DNA from: a virus
Lineage: Duplodnaviria > Caudoviricetes
DNA length: 55,213 nt
Virus record (IMG/VR): IMGVR_UViG_3300029171_000008
Location: 1 to 55,213 of that record
Strand: one strand, 5' to 3'
Position numbers and translations under genes: made by a program. The notes under the pieces are model-generated. The model was not told where the DNA came from, did no database searches, and saw only the letters and a program-made list of their open reading frames with translations. Numbering within the stretch: position 1 is the stretch's first letter; each line of letters begins with the position of its first letter. Shown here in pieces: positions 1-8,400 of the stretch.

Positions 1-17
1 GTTTCCCAGTCACGATC
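1..17 (+). other. Random-amplification (Round A/B, SISPA-type) primer tag; library artefact
   Basis: GTTTCCCAGTCACGATC, the known M13-derived primer tag; exact reverse complement at 55197-55213. Confidence 0.93.
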
Positions 18-769
18 AGGAGGAGCAAAGCGACGCCCGTACGACCCAAGAATCACAAGAATCAACTAAACCCCTGAAATTCTATGAGCGTTTAGCACAG
101 GTGCAAAGTGAGCTGGCCAGTGTAAGCAAAACAGGTAACAACACCCATCAAAATTACCGATATGCGAAGGAGGGGGATTTCATTGAAGCAATCCGCCCTA
201 TTCTAAATAAATGGGGTTTATTTTTAACGGCTGAGTGTGTTTCCCACAGCCTTGAGCGATTTGAAATCTGTGACAATAAGGGGCAGCTTAAAACAGTTCG
301 CGCGGCCACGGTGGAAATCCAATGTGAAGTGATTGATGTGATGAGCGGGGAGAAGTTAACACGGCGGATGCCGGGGTACGCCGAGGATGCATCGGACAAG
401 GCGCTGTATAAAGCCATTACAGGGGCGACGAAGTATGCAATTTGGAAAACCTTTGGCTTATCTACCGCTGACGATCCAGAGGCAGATAGTGCTCATTCAT
501 CCTATGGCAACTTCTCAGCACCGCGCAACACCAAAGGAAGTGTGCCGAGGGAACCTTCCTCCGGCCACCTTCCGTTCCGCGAAGATCACCCGCTCATCCA
601 GAAATCCACTGCCCTCCTGCGCGACCTTAACTGGTCAGACGATGACGGGCGCACTTATCTCCACGCTCAATATCGCAAGAATCGGCGCGTTGAGTTGACC
701 TACTCACAATTAACCGAGTTTGTCCAATACCTTGAATCGTTAAAAACCATTGAGACGACAACAGCATGA
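18..769 (+). CDS. ERF-family single-strand annealing protein, 5'-truncated
   Basis: Frame is open upstream of 101 (KFYERLAQVQSEL..VSKTGNN..NYRYA); ERF motif DKALYKAITGATKY..FGL...DDPE; C-terminal helical domain LNWSDDDGRTYL...ELTYSQL. Confidence 0.85.
536..573 (+). repeat. 38-nt hairpin dispersed repeat, copy 1 (inside ERF gene)
   Basis: GGAAG-TGTGCCGAGGGAACCTTCCTCCGGCCAC-CTTCC. Confidence 0.85.
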
Positions 770-987
770 TCCAAACATCCCCACCCTTTGAAGAGACCGC
801 GCTTTATCACCAGTCCCTAGCGACTGTGGTGGCAGCGCTGAGGGCTGACTTTTATCAGCCTGACGGCCCCGTCCTGCTGAATGCCCTCACCGCCCTCAGC
901 TTGAAACTAAACCATCAGCAACTGGGCATTGTCTGCGCCCATGCAGCTTTCGAGGCAAGCAAGCCCAGCAAGCAGGATCTTAACTAG
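766..987 (+). CDS. Hypothetical protein
   Basis: 73-aa ORF with ATGA overlap to the ERF stop. Confidence 0.6.
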   Translation: MIQTSPPFEETALYHQSLATVVAALRADFYQPDGPVLLNALTALSLKLNHQQLGIVCAHAAFEASKPSKQDLN

Positions 988-993
988 GGTGGG

Positions 994-1356
994 TCAAACC
1001 TTGTGCTCTGGGTTGGGTTCAAACCCAAACTCATTTAACATGCGCATGATTTCCCCTTGATAGTACGCCCCTGCCCTTGGGTCAACTTGAGTCAGCGCAA
1101 TTTCAAGCGCCTCAATGCCCATGGCAGTCAAATCGTTGTGCCCATGCAAAAATTTATTTAATTGGTGCGGATCGACGTAATTTCCTTGTCCCGCTTGCTG
1201 TAACGCCTTTGTCCGCCTACTGATCTCGCGCTGGCTAATCTCATAGCGTTTGATCGACCTCAACATAATATCTCGCCGCCGATGAATAATGGGCGTTGAG
1301 CTTGTGTTAGAATCCCCCTCTTTTTCTCGCTTGGTTCTTGCCATGATTCCATTCAT
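994..1356 (-). CDS. Cro/CI-like HTH transcriptional regulator (candidate phage repressor)
   Basis: ISQREISRRT...DPHQLNKFLHGHNDLT resembles an XRE HTH; divergent from the replication genes; start may be 1344. Confidence 0.65.
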   Translation of the reverse strand: MNGIMARTKREKEGDSNTSSTPIIHRRRDIMLRSIKRYEISQREISRRTKALQQAGQGNYVDPHQLNKFLHGHNDLTAMGIEALEIALTQVDPRAGAYYQGEIMRMLNEFGFEPNPEHKV

Positions 1357-1390
1357 TCCCTACGTAATATTTTAATCGTATCCCCCATGT

Positions 1391-1408
1391 GTTGTATTTA
1401 AGTACAAT
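1391..1408. promoter_or_regulatory. Palindromic box RTTGTA-N6-TACAAY, copy 1
   Basis: GTTGTAtttaagTACAAT upstream of the HTH gene. Confidence 0.8.
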
Positions 1409-1607
1409 GCAGACATAGTATACCTTTCCCTATAGTACACGATTGCCCTAAATTTGATTGTATGATTCACCCACTTTTATTGAATCACACCTGCTTTCCT
1501 TGGTAGACCAATTGTTTTTTGCTTAAGCAAGCCGTGAAATTTAACTATTAATAGATGTCTGCTTTGCTGCGTTGAGTAAGGGGAGCGGTGGCCATTTTGG
1601 GTTAATA

Positions 1608-1625
1608 GTTGTATTTTTATACAAT
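1608..1625. promoter_or_regulatory. Palindromic box, copy 2
   Basis: GTTGTAtttttaTACAAT upstream of the rep leader. Confidence 0.8.
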
Positions 1626-1637
1626 AGCTATAGGCAC

Positions 1638-1674
1638 AAAAAAGCAATCAGTGAAGTGGATCTCGCTGATTGCT
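1638..1674 (-). terminator. Rho-independent terminator-like hairpin, minus strand
   Basis: Arms AGCAATCAGTGA / TCGCTGATTGCT (one mismatch) preceded by an A6 run, i.e. a U-tract on the minus strand. Confidence 0.55.
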
Positions 1675-1811
1675 CTGCATTGATTGATTAGGTTTGTTTT
1701 AATCCTCTCGTGGCTTTTAGGCCATGAGCTACGGGAAAGCCGTAGTGGATGGAACAGCCTTGTTTATTTTAGGGGGTGTTAGAGCGAGATGCAACATAAC
1801 AACACAAGAGC

Positions 1812-3200
1812 ATGGCAACCTTAACGTCGATTATGGGTTTACTGGATCGTCCCATTGCGTTTCATCGCGTGTTTGCCCAAATTGGGGGCAGCCTTGAGGC
1901 AGGTATTTTTCTTAGTCAAGCAGTTTATTGGAGTCTGCGCACAAAAGACAACGACGGTTGGTTCTGGAAGACTCAAGAACAGTGGTTTGATGAGACGTTT
2001 CTGGGTCGCTCCTCTCAAGAACGGGCACGACGGCAACTGAAACGTGTCGGTGTCCTTCAAGAACAGAAACGCGGGGTTCCTGCACGCTTGTATTTTCGGA
2101 TTGATTCAGAGGCACTTGAGCAAATATTACTCGTTAAGCTTAATCATGAGGCTGAAAGCCTTGCTAGGACTGAAATACACCAGTATGCTGAAAACCAGCA
2201 AACTAGTCTGTCGAAAACCAGCAAACTAGTCTGTCGAAAACCAGCAGACAAGCCTGCTGAAAACCAGCAAACTAGTCTGTCGAAAACCAGCAGGCTATAT
2301 CTTACAGAGACTACTTCAGAGACTACTTCAGAGACTACTTCAAATCAATCTCTCTCTTTCTTTACTGGATCCCACGCGCGTGCACGCGAGGACAAAGAGC
2401 AAGAACCAGAGAAAGACAAAGAAAGAGAGACAGAGAAAGAGATAATTAAAGAAAATCAGGAAAAACCGATAGCTATCCTTGATCGGGTTCCGCTGGCTTT
2501 ACCACCATTACCGGACAAATCCCACCCCTCGTTTGGGGACGAAAGTTCCGCCGCGTCGCCCGTGGATCCCAGCGAATCTCGGGGGATGGAAGATTCTATC
2601 CCCGAAGTTTGCCTTGAACACAAAGCTGAAGGATTGCGACGGGTCAGCGATTGTGAGCGTGTTGAGGCAGCATTTCGCCAGGGCGGCTTACGAAACTACC
2701 CTTGGCGAAACAGTGGGGGGCGCAATGACTTCGTGCCGTGGATTGTGGCGCACTATTGCAAAAAGCTCACGGCTTCGCAGTACTATCGAGACTTGGGGAG
2801 AGAGGCTACCCTTGGTGAAGCAAAGGCCCGTATATCAAGGCTTGAGAACACTGAGGTGGGCGTCGATGAGCTGTTTGCTGTGGTCGAGGATCACGACAGC
2901 CAGCAAAATTTGCATCCCCAGTGTGTTGTATTAACGCACAATAGCCCAACGATTTTGCCCCTAGAAGCGATGGAATCCCCCCCTTCGGTACCTTGGCTTG
3001 ATCAGAGAACGGGACATGGCTTTAAGCACGATTTTCTAGAGTATCTGGGAGCCGAATGTGTCCCAGAGCCGCGCGAGGGGGATACGAAATACCGTATACC
3101 GTTGTCGGTGTATGGCTTGCAGGCTTTCAAGGCGCTCTCTGATCCAGAGCGCTGGGGCAAGTGGGAGGCGTACCAGGCTCAGATGGACGCTGAATTTTGA
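1812..3200 (+). CDS. Phage replication initiator (lambda O-like wHTH N-terminus)
   Basis: RPIAFHRVFA...FLSQAVYW...GWFWKTQEQWFDET...ARRQLKRVG; internal iterons; followed by DnaB. Confidence 0.8.
   Translation: MATLTSIMGLLDRPIAFHRVFAQIGGSLEAGIFLSQAVYWSLRTKDNDGWFWKTQEQWFDETFLGRSSQERARRQLKRVGVLQEQKRGVPARLYFRIDSEALEQILLVKLNHEAESLARTEIHQYAENQQTSLSKTSKLVCRKPADKPAENQQTSLSKTSRLYLTETTSETTSETTSNQSLSFFTGSHARAREDKEQEPEKDKERETEKEIIKENQEKPIAILDRVPLALPPLPDKSHPSFGDESSAASPVDPSESRGMEDSIPEVCLEHKAEGLRRVSDCERVEAAFRQGGLRNYPWRNSGGRNDFVPWIVAHYCKKLTASQYYRDLGREATLGEAKARISRLENTEVGVDELFAVVEDHDSQQNLHPQCVVLTHNSPTILPLEAMESPPSVPWLDQRTGHGFKHDFLEYLGAECVPEPREGDTKYRIPLSVYGLQAFKALSDPERWGKWEAYQAQMDAEF
2190..2342 (+). repeat. Iteron array / probable replication origin
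   Basis: GAAAACCAGCA core at 2190, 2213, 2236, 2259, 2282 (23-bp period), then 3 x 12-bp CAGAGACTACTT at 2305-2340. Confidence 0.85.
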
Positions 3201-3247
3201 CCGTACTTTTCGTTACTTTTCGTTAGTCGTTACTGAATTTTTTAGCC

Positions 3248-4612
3248 ATGGGTTTACCACAGTCATTTTCATCGGCATCTTCACCGGATTATCGCAAAGT
3301 TACACCCCTTACCCCCCAGCAGAGTACGCCAGAATGTATTGAGGCGGAGGCGCGGTTGCTGGGCATCTTATTATCGTTTCCTGATATTGCACCTACTGTT
3401 TTAGAAATTCTGCCCGATTCCAGTGCTTTTTATATACTCAAACATCAATTAATTTACCAAGCCATCCATCAAGTAATGCATCTAAAAATGACACCTGATG
3501 TGTTAGTAGTGATGGCCACCTTACGAAACACAAAAAAACTTGATAAGGTGGGAGAGAATTATCTTTTAGATTTGTGCAATCAGGCTGTGTCCAACGTGCA
3601 GGCCATTGACTACGCCAATCTAATATCAGAAAAGTGGCTCCGCCGCAGATTAATGGTGGTGGGAGAAGAGATTGTGCAGCTTGCGGGGGAACCTAAATCG
3701 ATTGATGAAATTTTAGAGCAAGCAGAGGCGTTGATTTACGCCCTCTCTCAGCCTGGAATCCAGAATACTCACAGCCGTCCTGAGTCACTGGCTGAAATTA
3801 TGCCGCGCAACTGGGCCATTTTTGAAGGGAATTCAACCCCAGCGATACCCACAGGTCTACTGGACATTGACGCCTTAATTGGGGGCTATTTTGCTGGCGA
3901 TTTGATGGTGGTTGCAGGGCGACCGGGGATGGCCAAAACCCACCTCGCCATCTTTTTAGCAGTGGAGTTAGCCAAGCGACAGGTTCCGGTTCACTTGTTT
4001 AGCCTAGAAATGGGCAAGGAGCAGGTGGTCAATCGGGCGGTGGCCGCATTGACGGGCATCAATAGTGCCTCACTGCGCCAAGGCCGCTTAGGTGACGGGG
4101 ATTGGCAAAAAATTATCAGCGCCACTGCCCAGATTGAGGCGCTGCCCTTTACGATTTCAGATGACCGGAAACTAACACCCGTCAAAATGCGTTCTATTTT
4201 GCGCAGTCTCCCGGTGAAACCTACAGTGGTTTTCCTGGATTACCTGCAACTGATGGGAGAGGGGGGAGAAAATCGTGTCAGTGAACTGGATACCATTACC
4301 CGTGAGCTGCGCAACATGGCCCAAGAATTTGGTATCTGCATGGTGACGCTGGCCCAAATCTCACGCGCAGTAGAACAACGCCAAAACAAACGCCCCCTCA
4401 TGTCTGATATTCGTGAATCAGGGGGCATCGAAACCCACGCCGATGTCATCGCCACCCTCTACCGCGATGCCTACTACAACCCCGATACATTGGATCTCAA
4501 TATTGTAGAGATTTCTATTGCCAAATCCCGTAATGGCATCACAGGCACCGCTAAAGTTTTGGCTAACCTCGCCACCTCACAGTTCTTTAACCTGGTTAAA
4601 CCCAATTGCTAA
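3248..4612 (+). CDS. dnaB: Replicative DNA helicase
   Basis: AGRPGMAKT, FSLEM, DYLQLM, KRPLMSDIRESGGIE, AKSRNG motifs. Confidence 0.95.
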   Translation: MGLPQSFSSASSPDYRKVTPLTPQQSTPECIEAEARLLGILLSFPDIAPTVLEILPDSSAFYILKHQLIYQAIHQVMHLKMTPDVLVVMATLRNTKKLDKVGENYLLDLCNQAVSNVQAIDYANLISEKWLRRRLMVVGEEIVQLAGEPKSIDEILEQAEALIYALSQPGIQNTHSRPESLAEIMPRNWAIFEGNSTPAIPTGLLDIDALIGGYFAGDLMVVAGRPGMAKTHLAIFLAVELAKRQVPVHLFSLEMGKEQVVNRAVAALTGINSASLRQGRLGDGDWQKIISATAQIEALPFTISDDRKLTPVKMRSILRSLPVKPTVVFLDYLQLMGEGGENRVSELDTITRELRNMAQEFGICMVTLAQISRAVEQRQNKRPLMSDIRESGGIETHADVIATLYRDAYYNPDTLDLNIVEISIAKSRNGITGTAKVLANLATSQFFNLVKPNC

Positions 4613-4634
4613 GGTTGTTCTTTTCGTCTAAGGT

Positions 4635-4652
4635 GTTGTATCTTAGTACAAT
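4635..4652. promoter_or_regulatory. Palindromic box, copy 3
   Basis: GTTGTAtcttagTACAAT overlapping the ATG at 4651. Confidence 0.8.
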
Positions 4653-5193
4653 GATTTACTTTGCAAGCTACTTTAAGCCTGAGCATTGGCATGGGTTGAT
4701 CTATCAAATCTCGCGTTCCAAGCCCCCTGATATTTGGGTGGATGGGGAGCTTGAGCTATTCAAGCCTACCGACGCCCTATTGAGCTGGTGGAAAAAGAGC
4801 GCCCAGGATGGAAAGGCTGAGCGTGAGTATGCTCAGCGTTACTACCACGACCTTGATCAAGGTTTGGTTTTGCAATGGCTGGATCAGTTTAAGCGCCACC
4901 TGCACCAGGAGCATGACCTAACGTTTTTGTGTTGGGAGCCACCGGGGCAATTTTGTCATCGCAATTTGATGGCGAGGGTGATTAAAAAACATATCCCTTG
5001 GCTATTGGGTGGCCAGGATGCTCGTCAAATTGAAGTGGGTGACACTGTGCAGTGGCCCTACCAAGAAGGAGGCAATCTTGAATGGCTTAGCCCTTATCAG
5101 GTTAAGGCAATTGATCATAATCAAGCTCGCCTTGCTTGGATTGATGAGCCTGTTAATTTAGCAGAACTGAGGATCGTTAATGTCCCCCAGTAA
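4651..5193 (+). CDS. DUF488-like protein
   Basis: MIYFASYF start; FLCWEPPGQFCHR motif. Confidence 0.7.
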   Translation: MIYFASYFKPEHWHGLIYQISRSKPPDIWVDGELELFKPTDALLSWWKKSAQDGKAEREYAQRYYHDLDQGLVLQWLDQFKRHLHQEHDLTFLCWEPPGQFCHRNLMARVIKKHIPWLLGGQDARQIEVGDTVQWPYQEGGNLEWLSPYQVKAIDHNQARLAWIDEPVNLAELRIVNVPQ

Positions 5194-5584
5194 GGAGCCG
5201 TTGACGCTTAGGAGAATTGAGCAGTTTTATAACAATCCTCCTAAAAAAAATTGTAGACAGGTACCGATAAAAGTCGAGGAGGTTCCTGGCTATATTGCCT
5301 ATGTGCTTTTGTATGGCGACAGTAAATCAAATCCCATTTATAATTATGCTTCTGCAATGGAATTATTGTTTAAGTATGACTATCCAAACTATAGTCTTAC
5401 TCATCCCAAAATGCAGAGCGCTGTTAATTTTATGATTGCCCATAATCTGTTGCGCTATAGCAAGGCGCGTACAGACCAATCTAAAAAAATTAAACCACTT
5501 GTTATTAATAATCGAAAAATTGAAGACCTAAAAAAATTGGCACAATACTGGATAGATAATCATGATAAAAACAGAGTTAACTGA
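5180..5584 (+). CDS. Hypothetical protein
   Basis: 134-aa ORF overlapping both neighbours. Confidence 0.65.
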   Translation: MSPSKEPLTLRRIEQFYNNPPKKNCRQVPIKVEEVPGYIAYVLLYGDSKSNPIYNYASAMELLFKYDYPNYSLTHPKMQSAVNFMIAHNLLRYSKARTDQSKKIKPLVINNRKIEDLKKLAQYWIDNHDKNRVN

Positions 5585-5873
5585 GGAACAATTGAGAGCT
5601 TTAATCCGCTCAGTATTACAGGAGATGCTAGCGCCAGTAGTCGGCCAACCCTCTCCTCAAGTTAATGTTCTACCCCTACGCCGCGCTTTTAAGACGCTGG
5701 GCTATCACAGCTACGATCAAATTTATGAGGATGTTAATTCAGGTCTATTGCGGATTGGTCATGAAATAGAGGACAGACGTCGCCCTGGCGTTGAGAAACG
5801 ACGGCTGTATGTGAATGTTGAAGCTGCAAAAAAACGTCTGGCTGCATTACCTGATAAACGCAGGCATGGTTAA
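5562..5873 (+). CDS. Putative excisionase / DNA-binding protein
   Basis: Small basic protein (GLLRIGHEIEDRRRPG...YVNV) near and convergent with the integrase. Confidence 0.5.
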   Translation: MIKTELTEEQLRALIRSVLQEMLAPVVGQPSPQVNVLPLRRAFKTLGYHSYDQIYEDVNSGLLRIGHEIEDRRRPGVEKRRLYVNVEAAKKRLAALPDKRRHG

Positions 5874-5878
5874 CAAAC

Positions 5879-6289
5879 ATGATTGATACGCTTAATCTCT
5901 GCCTAATTCTTACTGGTTCTCAATTAATTATTGGAATTGAGCGCTATATTATACCTTATTTAACGCGCCCTCAATATCACAGTATCCTGCGCTATATTGA
6001 AGGTTTTATGTGTTTGATAGCACTCCATTTGGCCATAAGATCACCCTTCATTGACTGGTTAGTGACGCTACTCACGGGCCTTTTAACACTGAGTTATATT
6101 GTTAGGGCATATCAACTAGAAAATCATAATCGCTATTATCAGAGACTTGAGGAAAAAATGGTTGAACATTTTGGAGTGCCTGAAATAAAGGACATTGAAA
6201 CCTGTCCGATGGGTTTAGACTGCAAGCAAATGGGCAGACTTGACAAGGGGTGTGAGAATTTTATGACCTGTTTTCGTAACAGCTACTAA
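5879..6289 (+). CDS. Hypothetical membrane protein
   Basis: About three hydrophobic segments and a Cys-rich C-terminus. Confidence 0.6.
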   Translation: MIDTLNLCLILTGSQLIIGIERYIIPYLTRPQYHSILRYIEGFMCLIALHLAIRSPFIDWLVTLLTGLLTLSYIVRAYQLENHNRYYQRLEEKMVEHFGVPEIKDIETCPMGLDCKQMGRLDKGCENFMTCFRNSY

Positions 6290-6467
6290 AAACCTGTATG
6301 TATCGTCTTTATTTTTACCCTTTAGCTTTATCCTGGTGTAGCGCGTTTCTTACGACTGAAATGCCTTGGTTTGTGGCAGGGTTTTTAGGCTTAGTATTTT
6401 GTACGTTAATTTTAGTGATAATAGAGTCGGTTGATAAGAAGCTTAGAAAGAAGCCCTATCTAGAACC

Positions 6468-6620
6468 CTAAAAGTCTTTTTCACCCTCAACGATAAACCC
6501 AACTCCTACCTCGAAGTGAATCGGCTTGCCTAGCGTGTCAGGATCAATCTCTCCCCAGTCGTAAGGCTCTAGAGGTGGTGATAGGTCAGCAGTGAGCCAA
6601 TCGCTGTCTTCTGGGTTCAT
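6468..6620 (-). CDS. Small acidic protein (50 aa), absent from the ORF track
   Basis: MNPEDSDWLTADLSPPLEPYDWGEIDPDTLGKPIHFEVGVGFIVEGEKDF; ATGA overlap with the integrase stop. Confidence 0.6.
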   Translation of the reverse strand: MNPEDSDWLTADLSPPLEPYDWGEIDPDTLGKPIHFEVGVGFIVEGEKDF

Positions 6621-7729
6621 GGTTCTGGGGGTAAATTTGGATCGTTAATCACGCGCTCATATTCCCAAAGCTTCTGCCCCTTGGTTAGCCAACGTTTATA
6701 GATTCTGGCATGGACGATTGGGTCATGGCCCATAAAAGCAGCAGCAGTGTCTGAGCTAAGCCGGAAAACGATTGCAGCCCTTACTGCATAACAATGGCGC
6801 AGTGTTTTGGGAGGGACGGGTACCCCCCAACGACGAAAGGCTACGCACGCACGATGGCTATACAATCGCGGTACTTTTACGTTGACATTAGGTCGCTTAA
6901 TCTCTGTTAAATTCCAGCGCTTTACCCACCCTGGATACAATGGTTTCACAAACCTTGGCTCTGTGGTCTTTTTGGCGGTCTTTTTGCCCACCGTGACAAA
7001 TAATAAGTCACTACCTTCTTCAAACTCACAAAACCATGGCTCATAGGGCCGTAACCCATAAGCGGCCATCATCCCGTAAAACCATTGCCAGCCCTCATGG
7101 GTGATCTTTTCCCGCCACTCTACAATCTCTTCATCACTCGGCAACTCTCGCATTTGAGTCGCATTGAGCCCATAACTGCCTTTATACGGCCCTAGATTGA
7201 TTTCAAGCTTTGCCCAATCTGCAAATCGCTGTAGTTTCTCGGCAGCGCGTTTGCGACTCCAACTGTTTGGCTTATACCGATCGTTTAGCAAAACATCCAA
7301 AATTACCCGCTCACTTAATTTTTTCTCGGCAGGTAAATGCTTCAATACTTGCCACCAGTGGTTATCCCAAGTATCAATACTGATATCGTTGGTCGCTAAA
7401 TAGTATTCCTTAAAACTCTCAAGTTTTGCCCCAATTCGTTCATCTTCTTCCTCTTTTGCCCCATATCCCCACTCCTCCCACTTAAATTTACCCAGCGCTA
7501 TCTCACTGCCTAACCGCAATGCCATCCCTTCTGCATACTTCAGTCCATCCTGACTCACACTTCGACCCAATGCTATCTCGCTCTGCACGTTCCCACTTCG
7601 CTTAACGCCACCTGGCTTACTCGGTAAACTTGCCCTTAAATACAATGCACTCCCTCGCTGCCGCACCCTTACCTGAATCGCCATCTCTTTTAATTTGCGA
7701 TTCACACTCTCGACACTCCGTATCCCCAT
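6617..7729 (-). CDS. int: Tyrosine site-specific integrase (cyanobacterial XisA/XisC-like)
   Basis: YGLRPYE, LRHCYAVR, MGH...IY catalytic motifs; N-terminal LYLRASLPSKPG arm domain. Confidence 0.92.
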   Translation of the reverse strand: MGIRSVESVNRKLKEMAIQVRVRQRGSALYLRASLPSKPGGVKRSGNVQSEIALGRSVSQDGLKYAEGMALRLGSEIALGKFKWEEWGYGAKEEEDERIGAKLESFKEYYLATNDISIDTWDNHWWQVLKHLPAEKKLSERVILDVLLNDRYKPNSWSRKRAAEKLQRFADWAKLEINLGPYKGSYGLNATQMRELPSDEEIVEWREKITHEGWQWFYGMMAAYGLRPYEPWFCEFEEGSDLLFVTVGKKTAKKTTEPRFVKPLYPGWVKRWNLTEIKRPNVNVKVPRLYSHRACVAFRRWGVPVPPKTLRHCYAVRAAIVFRLSSDTAAAFMGHDPIVHARIYKRWLTKGQKLWEYERVINDPNLPPEP

Positions 7730-7774
7730 CCCAACCCCTTACCTATTCTTTACCTACTTATACACCAACATAAC

Positions 7775-7811
7775 CCCACATAAACCAATATATTTTGTTG
7801 GTTTATGTGGG
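7775..7811. repeat. 14-bp inverted repeat between int and attP
   Basis: CCCACATAAACCAA-N9-TTGGTTTATGTGGG. Confidence 0.8.
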
Positions 7812-7853
7812 AAACAATAGGCTACAAGCGGGATGCGGTACGGAAATCCCTAA

Positions 7854-7898
7854 CGCGCTTGGATGGACTCGAACCATCGGCCAACCGCTTAGAAGGCG
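7854..7898 (-). other. attP core: 3' half of tRNA-Arg(UCU)
   Basis: Minus strand CGCCTTCTAAGCGGTTGGCCGATGGTTCGAGTCCATCCAAGCGCG = anticodon loop (TCT), T-arm and 3' acceptor strand; no 5' half; 125 bp from the int start. Confidence 0.88.
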
Positions 7899-7962
7899 CT
7901 ACATCTAACGCCGCAAAGTATTGTGTGGTGGTGATTCCAAGTCTGGTCAAATTGACCATTAC

Positions 7963-8166
7963 CTAAATATTACCTACCGAGTGTTGGGCTATGAGTCGTT
8001 GCAGTTCAGAAGCGATGTCATAGCCGCCTGTGTAGCGGATGACATCTGGATCGGTCTTTAGCCTATCCATGTAGAGGCGTAGCGCCTCTTGGTCGTCCCT
8101 GTGGGCCAAGACATAGGAGCGCAGCGCTTGGCGTGTCAATTGCTGTAAGTCAGGTCTTGGATGCAT
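7963..8166 (-). CDS. DUF6887-like small cyanobacterial protein
   Basis: LTRQALRSYVLAHRDDQEAL motif. Confidence 0.65.
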   Translation of the reverse strand: MHPRPDLQQLTRQALRSYVLAHRDDQEALRLYMDRLKTDPDVIRYTGGYDIASELQRLIAQHSVGNI

Positions 8167-8172
8167 AGCAGG

Positions 8173-8343
8173 CTATCTCGTGTTTTGATTCATTTGATTC
8201 ACGAGTTCGTTATTAAGGCGGTTTAGGTTGTCGTAGCTAGGTTGGGGAGTAGGAGGAAAAATCTGAGCATAGACCCACCCTCCCACAAACACAGCAAAAA
8301 TGCCTGCAACGGCGTACTTTACTACGTTCTCGAATTCATTCAT
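8173..8343 (-). CDS. Small single-TM protein (56 aa), absent from the ORF track
   Basis: MNEFENVVKYAVAGIFAVFVGGWVYAQIFPPTPQPSYDNLNRLNNELVNQMNQNTR; fills the intergenic gap and lies downstream of box copy 4. Confidence 0.55.
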   Translation of the reverse strand: MNEFENVVKYAVAGIFAVFVGGWVYAQIFPPTPQPSYDNLNRLNNELVNQMNQNTR

Positions 8344-8373
8344 GTTCAGCACCTAATCAATATTGATAGTGCT

Positions 8374-8391
8374 ATTGTACCCAAGTACAAT
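8374..8391. promoter_or_regulatory. Palindromic box, copy 4
   Basis: ATTGTAcccaagTACAAT. Confidence 0.8.
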
Positions 8392-8400
8392 ATATATGGA

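Noticed and set aside
1-17. Inverted terminal repeats of a linear genome or transposon
   Set aside because: The sequence matches a standard random-amplification primer tag and truncates ORFs at both ends
1391-1408. Palindromic box as an NtcA, CRP or LexA site
   Set aside because: NtcA is GTA-N8-TAC whereas the spacer here is always N6; CRP (TGTGA-N6-TCACA) and cyanobacterial LexA half-sites differ
2190-2342. CRISPR array
   Set aside because: Tandem units without unique spacers, inside the initiator CDS, and no cas genes in the window
7854-7930. Complete tRNA gene
   Set aside because: No D-arm or 5' acceptor strand, and the anticodon stem is mismatched; better explained as attP
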